NCBI RefSeq assembly: GCF_902652985.1
Contig: NC_047030.1
Coordinates: 19,902,001-19,966,000 of the forward strand
From: Pecten maximus
Lineage: Eukaryota
Direction: 5' to 3'
Length of the DNA stretch: 64,000 nt
The translations under genes were made by a program, and so were the position numbers. Under the pieces are notes generated by a model, which saw only the letters and a list, made by a program, of their open reading frames with translations, was not told the DNA's origin and ran no database searches. Below, in pieces: positions 54,377-64,000 of this stretch (the stretch's first letter is position 1; each line of letters starts with the position of its first letter).

Positions 54377-54797
54377 TACAACTGTTTGGTCCCTTCTAGG
54401 ACTCGTCAGTGATGTAAGGGACATCATACAGCTGGTCAGTCCTTGCAAGACTCGTCAGTGATGTAAGGGACATCATACAGCTGGTCAGTCCTTGCAAGAC
54501 TCGTCAGTGATGTAAGGGACATCATACAGCTGGTCAGTCCTTGCAGGACTCGTCAGTGATGTAAGGGACATCATACAGCTGGTCAGTCCTTGCAGGACTC
54601 GTCAGTGGTACGGGACGTACTGTCCTAGGATTCGTCAGTGATGTTAGGGACACCATACAGTTGGTTCGTCCTTCTAAGACTTGTCAGTGATGTTAGGGAC
54701 ATCTTACATCTGTTCCGTCCTTCTATGACTCGTCAGTGATGTTAGGGACATCTTACATCTGTTCCGTCCTTCTATGACTCGTCAGTGATGCTAAGGG
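54377..54797 (-). ncRNA. Tandem array of 49-nt hammerhead ribozyme-derived units (9 CUGANGA-type boxes, mutated cores)
   Basis: Minus-strand unit ACATCA-CTGACGA-GTCC-TGCAA/TAGAA-GGAC-[GAAAC variants]-AGCTGT-A-TGATGT-CCCTT. Confidence 0.75.
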
Positions 54798-55644
54798 CAC
54801 GCTGTAGCTGTATAGCCCTTTCGAGGCTAGGATCATTATTGCGGATATCCAGAGGAAAGATATAGAAAATAGGAGATTAACTGACCCACGAATTGATATA
54901 CATTTCTTATAATGATTCAAGAGACACTGCTATATTATCCATTGGAAAATTCGTGTTCTGTGTGACTCGGACGCGGAATAATCTGAAGTGTTACTAATTT
55001 TGACAAGTCATAAATGGACATTTGACCCAGTAAAATTAACATGAGAAATACATGCTAACATAATTGACTAGCTATTGTTTGCCATGTTGGAAGTAATGTT
55101 GTTTCAGAAACGCTGAGATGTTAGACATTTCGATCTTCCCGTATATATCGGTACATTTGATTCAAAGATATTTTATGTAAATACACAAATGGGAACAGGC
55201 ACAAGTTTAAAATCTTATGATCCGCCTTCTCTTGTAAAACATAAATGATAAACCAGACATTTAACCGCAAATTACTAAGAAAAGACAGTGTCTGTATAAA
55301 ATGTATATAAATTATATAAATATGTTTAAATGCTTACTGATAAATTACTGACACGATAGATTTTACAATAACTAAGTGAAGTGAAAACCACGATACACTG
55401 AGGTGTTAGAAATTTTGACGGTGTATCTACAGTAGATCGGTATATAAGGGAGATAACCCCGCTTAACTTGGACCTATGATTGGGAGAAAGTACATTATAT
55501 CTTTTGTTTTTACAATGAATGACAATTAGAATCGTATGCTTCTTTATCATCATTTCAAATAGCGTTTTTATGTAATAGGAAAAATTCTTGAACCTGAAAA
55601 AATATTTACCAAAAAGTATAAAATTTGTTTTCGTTTAACATTAT

Positions 55645-56380
55645 GCTTACCTGTCTGTGCCCAAATTGTTTTGTTTATATCATACCTACCTGTCTGTGCC
55701 CAAATTGTTTTGTTTATATCATGCCTACCTGTCTGTGCCCAAATTGTTTTGTTTATATCATACCTACCTGTCTGTGCCCAAATTGTTTTGTTTATATCAT
55801 ACCTACCTGTCTGTGCCCAAATTGTTTTGTTTATATCATACCTACCTGTCTGAGCCTAGATTGTTTTGTTTATATCATACCTACCTGTCTGAGCCTAGAT
55901 TGTTTTGTTTATATCATACCTACCTGTCTGTGTCCAGAGTGTTTTGTTTATATCATGCCTACCTGTCTGTGCCCAAATTGTTTTATTTATATCATGCCTA
56001 CCTGTCTGTGCCCAAATTGTTTTGTTTATTTCATACCTACCTGTCTGTGCCCAAATTGTTTTGTTTATATCATGCCTACCTGTCTGTGCCCAAATTGTTT
56101 TGTTTATATCATACCTACCTGTCTGTGCCCAAATTGTTTTGTTTATATCATACCTACCTGTCTGTGTCCAGAGTGTTTTGTTTATATCATGCCTACCTGT
56201 CTGTGCCCAAATTGTTTTGTTTATATCATACCTACCTGTCTGTGCCCAAATTGTTTTGTTTATATCATACCTACCTATCTGTGCCCAAATTGTTTTGTTT
56301 ATATCATACCTACCTGTCTGAGCCTAGATTGTTTCGTTTATATCATACCTACCTGTCTGTGCCCAGAGTGTTTCGTTTAT
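55645..56380. repeat. 39-bp minisatellite (CCTACCTGTCTGTGCCCAAATTGTTTTGTTTATATCATA), about 19 copies
   Basis: Visible directly; source of ORFs 55625, 55657 and 55905. Confidence 0.96.
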
Positions 56381-56462
56381 GAGTTTTATTTATTTGTTCA
56401 TTTTATAGTTGGAAGTTGATGACCATTATATCTGACTGATGTATTTTGTGTTTATATATATA

Positions 56463-56835
56463 TAGAGGATATCTAACAGTGTCTTCAGTAATACCAAATA
56501 TATTTCACGAGTGGGGCTAATATTTTGATATTTTATATCAAAATATTAGCCGCACGAGTGAAATATATTTGGTATTACTGAAGACACTGTTAGATATTCT
56601 GTTTATTACATTTTTTTATCAACGAAAAACCTACCCCGTATGCTAACTAGGCCTACAGCGAAAGTTTGCATACGTTTACCGCTTACATGTCTAGACATAT
56701 ATGTCGGGCTTTCTGATTGGTCAATTATTTTGGTATTTTCTAATCATTAGTTTGATTGGTCAAATCAGCAAAAGTGATATTTTTCACTAGTGAAAAAATA
56801 TCACTTTTATAGTATGAATAATTTTTGATATTTCA
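56463..56835 (+). mobile_element. Non-autonomous interspersed element with a long 5' palindrome
   Basis: 56469-56531 and 56537-56597 are near-perfect inverted repeats. Related sequence occurs at 8415-8485 and about 52520-52655. Confidence 0.65.
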
Positions 56836-57416
56836 CTGGTAAAAATGTAATAAATCCTTCTTATTCAAATCGTCAGACTATAGAATGTATATTATATAAA
56901 TGTGGTTCACTGACAATCCCTCCAACATAAAGTGCCAACAAAATTAGCTATAGGCTGATTTTTCATTTATAGCCTGTTTTAATGTATAATCTAGACATAT
57001 GTTAATCGCAATTCATCAACTCTAGATATGAGGTCTGTAACATTATATATATATTAGACCTGCATTAGTTCAAGGTTTTAATAGAGATGTCGACTCAGAC
57101 TTTTTTTCCCTATATCTGACGTTTATGTATAGCACAACATCAGCTTGATTCTCCTTGAAACATTAGTCACCTAGTAAGAGGAACCGATGTTAATTTAAAG
57201 TGACTAGACCTTTAGCAACACATGTATTTAATCAGCGTGTCGAAGCAGTATGGTACATGTATTATACATACATATATAGCTATATGTTTATATAAAATAT
57301 CTTATTTAATTGTGTAAGATAAGTATGTAACTATGATACATATATCTGTAAAGGACATACATCTTGGGGTAAACCGATAAATACCTGTCTGAGAGAATTA
57401 TTGTATAATTACATGA

Positions 57417-57688
57417 AGTATTAAGATATATTTCTGTTTAACAATACTTCATTCCAGGCGTGGGTCGTATTTATTTTACAATCACATGCAGTGTTAAGAC
57501 ATATTTCTGTTTTTCAATGCTACATTCCATACGTACAGTAGATAGTATACTTATTGTATAATCATTTTTAGTATTAAGACATCTTTCTCATTTACAATAC
57601 TCCATTCCAGGTATGGGTCGTATTTTGTTGTAAAATCAGATGAAGTATTAAGACATATTTCTGTTACACAATGCTACATTCCAGGTGT
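57417..57688. repeat. About 75-bp degenerate tandem repeat, 4 copies
   Basis: AGTATTAAGACATATTTCTG...CATTCCA at about 57418, 57490, 57570 and 57644. Confidence 0.75.
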
Positions 57689-59469
57689 ACTTTTTGATGA
57701 TACCTGTAAACTTTATACAGGTAAAAGAGTAGATTTTATATCTATGTTCGTGACAACACACAGCCTTTTTTCGGCCTCCACAAAGCCGACATAATCACCA
57801 AGGAAGTGGTTTATACAGGTACATTTCCTTTATGTATTATTTTTCAACAATATATTATTAAAGTATTTCACGGAATACAGGATTCTATTGAGAAGGCATT
57901 CAGGAGGCCGAGTTATTTATGTAAATGGAGATATTTATCAGATGTGACTGGTATGGAGTATATCAGATTTGTTCTCTGATTTGTGGCCGGTTGACTGTGT
58001 TTCCATAACTCCCCTGATAATGATAGGTGAGAAGGAGATGTTCACATATATCCAATATCACAAGGGTCAGGGAAAACAGTAGGAGTCTAATTATACAGAA
58101 GACAGTGAACAGGTTCGTCACAGGGGTTCACGCACGCGACCATGACTTCGCCAACGAAAATTCTAGTCTGGTTAAATTGGTACTCATCTCGGCTGTTGGC
58201 GGCGTGAAATAACACCTCTTGATGGTATGATCAAGAGCAAGAATTGTGCTATAAATTACAAGTGGAGAACATTCCAGCATTATCTTTTACGATCTCCGAG
58301 TGGTACAAATGTGCACCAATGTTCTGTACACCTGCGGAGTATTGCATGATCTAATGAGTTAATAGTGAGCTTCACGAACAGTGTTACACGATATTCTATA
58401 AAGTAACACCAACAATATCATACACAAATGCAAATGGCGTGTTTTATAAAAAAAAATGTGTGATTAATGGTTTATCACGTTAAGAAGTTTCACTTTTCCG
58501 CGCCTCATAAATAACGCCGAACTGACTACTCGTCTATAGTATCTACCTACCCGAGCGCGTTCATCTGGAGCGGTCGCCCTGAGAACGAATCCACCTTGAC
58601 AATTTCGGTAAGCTGAATTAGGTAAGTAACATTTATCTTATATTTAGTATTTTAATTGAAAGGCTTGTTTGGATTTATCAGACAACAAGCTCTGTTATAA
58701 TTATCATATATTACACTGTGTATATAACACCAATAACTTGGTATCGTTCCATCATTGGTTGTAATTCATCCTTCATTAATACTTTTAAAAGTAATAACCA
58801 TCATGTTACACACTGATGCCCCAATAAAAGGATATGCTTTTGTAAGTGTCTTGGTGTTCTAAACACTAATATAAAATATTATATCTGCAATTAGGAATTT
58901 AGAATTGTTCGTATTTAAACGAACTTAAACCGAGGAAAGGTCAAAGGAAACAGGAACACGAAAAGATCTCAAATTTAGTCGCATCTTTCTATCGTGCAAT
59001 GGGGCAGCAGGTTTTGTTTTGAAATCAGTCATAATGCAATGAACATTGACACCAGTGTCGACATTCAATGATGAAATATAACAAGAAATATCTTTAAAAA
59101 AGATAAACGGCATATTATTAATACTGGTGGTTATAATGTAAAACTGCTGGTGAAATAAATCAACGAACTAATGCGTTTCAGCACGGATAACAAAATTTTA
59201 TCAGTTTGAATCATTTTTGGTGATAATAAAACTGCATTTGAATCAGGAATATACTTTTATCAATGTGTCATTTATAAAAATACATTAACTTATTCAGCTT
59301 GCATTCAATCCTAACTTTGTTTCGCTTTTAACTGCATATCTGCATTTTGCATTTAGCGCTACATTAACCAATCACATACTTTATCTTGACCAGTAACGCC
59401 ACCTGTCGCGTCATATCCGGGGCCAAAAGAATATTATACGGCTATGCCGAAAAAGTATTGATACTCCAG

Positions 59470-61735
59470 GACAAAGTCAAAATATACCACAAGGTACATA
59501 GTCAAAATATACCACAAGGTACATAGTCAAAATATACCACAGGGTACAGAGTCAAAATACACCACAGGGCACAGAGTCAATATACACCACAGGGCACAGA
59601 GTCAAAATATACCACAGGATACAGAGTCAAAATATTCCACAGGATACAGAGTCAAAATATACCACAGGATGAAAAGTAAAAATATACCGCAGGATACAAT
59701 GTCAAAATATACAACAGAATACAATGTCAAAATATACAACAGGATACAGAATCAAAATATACCACAGGATACAAAGTCAAAATATACCACAGGGTACATA
59801 GTCAAAATATACCACAGGGCACAGAGTCAAAATATACCACAAGGTACATAGTCAAAATATACCACAGGGTACATAGTCAAAATATACCACAAGGCACAGA
59901 GTCAAAATATACCACAAGGTACATAGTCAAAATATACCACAGGGCACAGAGTCAAAATATACCACAAGGTACATAGTCAAAATATACCACAGGGCACAGA
60001 GTCAAAATATACCACAAGGTACATAGTCAAAATATACCACAAGGTACATAGTCAAAATATACCACAGGGCACAGAGTCAAAATATACCACAAGGTACATA
60101 GTCAAAATATACCACAATGTACATAGTCAAAATATACCACAGGGTACAGAGTCAAAATATACAACAGGGCACAGAGTCAAAATATACCACAGAATACAGA
60201 GTCAAAATATACCACAGGATACCGAGTCAAAATATACCGCAGGGTACAAAGTCAAAATATATCACGGGGTACAGTCAAAATATACCACGGGGTACAGAGT
60301 CAAAATATGCCATAGGGTACAAAGTCAAAATATACCACAGGGTACAGAGTCAAAATATACCACAGGGTACAGAGTCGAAATATACCACAGGGTACAGAGT
60401 CGAAATAAACCACAGTGTACAGAGTCAAAATATACCACAGGGTACAGAGTCGAAATATACCACAGTGTACAGAGTCAAAATATACCACAGGATAATAAGT
60501 CAAAATATACCACAGGGTACAGAGTTAAAATATACCACAGGGTACGAAAAAACGTCAAAATATAAAACAGGGTAACAAACTGTCAAAATATACCATACGG
60601 TAAGAAATAAAATAACCTCAAAATATACCCTATGGTATCAAACAACCTCAAAATATATATGGAAGCAAGCAGCTTCAGAATATACTACAGTTAACAAACT
60701 GTCAAAATATACCACATGGTGAAAAAACCCTCAAAATATACGACAGGATAACAAACAACCTCAAAAAATAATACATTGTAAGAAATAACCTCAAAATATA
60801 CCTCATGGTAACAAACAACCTCAAACCACATTGAAAGGAATAACCTCAAAATATATCACAGGTTAACAAACAGTCAAAATATACCACAGGTTAACAAACA
60901 GTCAAAATATACCACAGGGTAACAAACAGTCAAAATATACCACAGTGTACAGAGTCAAAATATACCACAGGGTACAGAGTCGAAATATACCACAGTGTAC
61001 AGAGTCAAAATATACCACAGGATAATAAGTCAAAATATACCACAGGGTACAGAGTTAAAATATACCACAGGGTACGAAAAAACGTCAAAATATAAAACAG
61101 GGTAACAAACTGTCAAAATATACCATACGGTAAGAAATAAAATAACCTCAAAATATACCCTATGGTATCAAACAACCTCAAAATATATATGGAAGCAAGC
61201 AGCTTCAGAATATACTACAGTTAACAAACTGTCAAAATATACCACATGGTGAAAAACCCCTCAAAATATACGACAGGATAACAAACAACCTCAAAATATA
61301 ATACATTGTAAGAAATAACCTCAAAATATACCTCATGGTAACAAACAACCTCAAACCACATTGAAAGGAATAACCTCAAAATATACCACAGGGTAACAAA
61401 CAGTCAAAATATACCACAGGTTAACAAACAGTCAAAATATACCACAGGGTAACAAACAGTCAAAATATACCACAGGGTAACAAACAGTCAAAATATACCA
61501 CAGGTTAACAAACAGTCAAAATATACCACAGGGTAACAAACAGTCAAAATATACCACAGGGTAACAAACAGTCAAAATATACCACAGGGTAACAAACAAC
61601 CTAAAAATGTACCACGTGGTAAGAAACAACCTCAAAATATGCCTCACGATAACAAACAACTTCAAAATATAACACAGGGTATCAACCAACCTCGAAATAT
61701 ACCACAGGGTAACAAATCACCTCAATATATACCAG
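59470..61735. repeat. 25-bp to 28-bp satellite (GTCAAAATATACCACAGGGTACAGA / ...GGTAACAAACA), about 2.3 kb
   Basis: 25-bp period at 59476, 59501, 59526; 28-bp period at 61403, 61431, 61459. Confidence 0.96.
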
Positions 61736-61848
61736 TGTTAACACACGTAATCGTAATGTTGAGATTTTGAGTTGGAATTACGGTTTTATAATTCTGTTGG
61801 TATTTTCTGTTGTTTTTGTTTATATTGTGCCCTTGTTTCATTGATTTT

Positions 61849-62020
61849 GATTTAGAACTACGATTTCGTGGATATCTATATTATGTCCTAGTTTAAGGAT
61901 GTTGATTTAGAACTACGATTTTGTGGATATCTATATTATGTCCTAGTTTAAGGATGTTGTTTTAGAACTACGATTTTGTGGATATCTATATTGTGTCCTA
62001 GTTTAAGGATGTTGATTTAG
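61849..62020. repeat. 55-bp tandem repeat, 3 copies
   Basis: GATTTAGAACTACGATTTTGTGGATATCTATATTATGTCCTAGTTTAAGGATGTT. Confidence 0.92.
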
Positions 62021-62929
62021 CATTGCACGTTTGTTTCGTTATTATATTGGTAGCAGCTTGTTTGTGTACTCACCTTGATATGCTACCTCTCAATATTCAA
62101 TCTTCATGGTTGAATATATATCATTTAATATTTACACTTCGAGTTTATATGTAAGGTATATATAGGAATTATCTATTCACCATCTCAGGTTCAGTTCCAA
62201 TTACCGAAGTTCATCAAAGAGAAAGAGTCGATAGGTATCGCCATATTTACAGTTCTCAAGCCCTTGATACTTTATACGGCAACATAACTACTGCCAAACT
62301 AGGTTAGATATGCCATACATCATTACATTTATAACTTTTCAAATTAAATGATGTTGTCTAGAATGCATTTACTTTAATGGCTTTATTTGTATTTCCGCCG
62401 ATTTCATTCGCTGAACATCAGTGTATTGCATATACCTACAGCATATTGATGTCTGGTGCACACATGTACGTACAACTTTATATCTGGTAAGGTGTATGGC
62501 TTTTATTGTCGATTAGATACACATGAAATTTATACACGTTCAGTATAATGATAATTCTGCTTTCACCTACATGTCGTAACAGACGAAGAACTGGGATTTT
62601 TTTTCTTCAAATGTCTGCTGTTCAGTGGATATTGGAGCCCGAGAGTAAGGTATGCTTTCTCCCACTTAATGTTGAGGAAGCGATCAAAAGGGAATCATGA
62701 ATTTCGTACATGTCTTCTTCTAAGTGGACATTGAAGACATTAAAAAAGCTGTCCTGCCCCAAATACAACCTTTATTATCCGAGAACTTTTGTGGGTTTCA
62801 AGCATTTTTATTTGGGTTTCTTGCTGTTTGCGTCGGTGTTTTGTTTTCTTTCGACATCTTTCTACCAGCTGTCCTAATATGACGCTCGTTTTTTTTGTCT
62901 ATTTGACATGCTACCCCGTTTTGAAAACA

Positions 62930-64000
62930 AAACAAGTCAAACGAGGGACACGGTTAGCATGGGTATGCCAGTAGTCTGTTGGGAAATCTTGTCACCAAAC
63001 TCAACAAACATATTGTCGATCAAAAATTCAAGCATCCTCACTATATCACGTTCGGTGTATTTTCTCTTCGACATACATTGTAGTCGTTTGTGTGAAGAAA
63101 TATGCCCCAGTTCAGTACACAACTATGTACTGATAAAATCTTTCGCTCTTCTTAAGTAAAAAGCTCTCATCTCAGGAGAACGAATACATTCCTTCACTTT
63201 GGAATTGGTAACGGTAGTATAAAGAGCGGCCGAATCAAATGTTTCGGTAGAAGAAACGTTTTGGAGAGATCTTTAAGATTGATAAAACAGCTCTTGAGAT
63301 ATTCAAACTCCACATTCCATTGATTCCACTGTAAACAGTATACCAATACGACCATGACTGATGTGTCTTTAGAATTGTAATGAGAAGTTTGGATAAAAGC
63401 TTAGTTGAGGGATTTCTTGAATAAGTGATAAATACAACTGTTGCCAATACGTACTCTTGTGAAGTTTGGGAATCCAAAATGAAGGAGGTGAATTTTAACG
63501 ATTGCAACATTGAATAAGATTTGCTCAGTATTTCGTCTTTAGAATAGTTCAATTTTTAGTTAGGGTTTAACTTGTCATCAAAACATTCGTAAAATATGTT
63601 CATTAAGTGATACTAAGTACACCGCTTAGTACTGGTAAGAAAAGAGGCGAGTACTTGAAATTGGGTGTGCCGAAAATTGGACTAATCATCTCTTTCCATT
63701 CCATCTTTACATTCAATTTGGTTCGGTGTAATGTTTGCTATGTCCGTTTTGCCCCCTGTGTTGACAATGTTGTAAATTTTATTCTTTTTTACTTTTCTCG
63801 ACCAGAACTAATGATATGAGGATAGATTTATAGCCGGGAGCTGTTTTGTATATTATGGCAATAACTCATCACAAATTACCTGATAAGTGACGAAGGGGTT
63901 TCTCCCGTTTACCGCTCTCTCAGATATCGGGTATAAGTTTACATCATATCAAACAAGGCTCTGTCTTGTACCAGTGATTACGGTTCACGCCGACCAAACG
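62930..64000 (-). mobile_element. Degenerate Penelope-like retroelement RT fragment
   Basis: 'STKLLSKLLITILK', 'YSGINGMWSLNISR', 'FDSAALYTTV' and 'YTERDIVRMLEFLIDNMFVEFGDKISQQTTGIPM', with frameshifts. Confidence 0.8.

Noticed and set aside
55625-56419. 264-aa Cys-rich ORF (PTCLCPNCFVYII)n as a metallothionein- or keratin-associated-like protein
   Set aside because: Pure 39-bp minisatellite open in multiple frames, with a non-ATG start and no unique flanking coding sequence.
58440-58630. Possible promoter and non-coding first exon of a downstream plus-strand gene (TATA-like sequence, TAG|GTAAGT at about 58621)
   Set aside because: Plausible, but there is no downstream coding exon in the window to support it.
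60117-60575. 152-aa repetitive ORF
   Set aside because: Translation of the 25-bp satellite.

Overview
AT-rich, intron-rich animal genomic DNA with one 100-N assembly gap at 40294-40393. The repeat families (Meta-type SINE, Helentron-type HINEs, Penelope fragments) suggest a bivalve mollusc, which is an inference. Host genes: (1) a short TTC17-like TPR protein with a C-terminal transmembrane helix (minus, 1800-7627); (2) an intronless orphan ORF of about 327 aa (11292-12275); (3) an 8-exon, 632-aa secreted protein with the DxDDT and downstream motifs of class II terpene cyclase beta domains (16615-23137); (4) the trifunctional purine gene GART (26877-43148), with some exons lost in the gap. 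An apparently intact 6.4-kb ISL2EU-type transposon (46949-53394) has 486-bp TIRs, a THAP-DDE transposase and a convergent PHD-SWIM-YqaJ ORF, and sits inside a Helentron-type element. The most notable observations are: a 49-bp tandem array whose unit is a complete minimal hammerhead ribozyme, plus an inverted solo copy showing stem covariation; several GART intron minisatellites that are tandem copies of the gene's own splice junctions; the secreted terpene-cyclase-like protein; and TIRs carrying CTCF-like and YY1-like motifs and a splice donor that could serve both transposon genes. All calls come from reading the sequence by eye; no searches were run.
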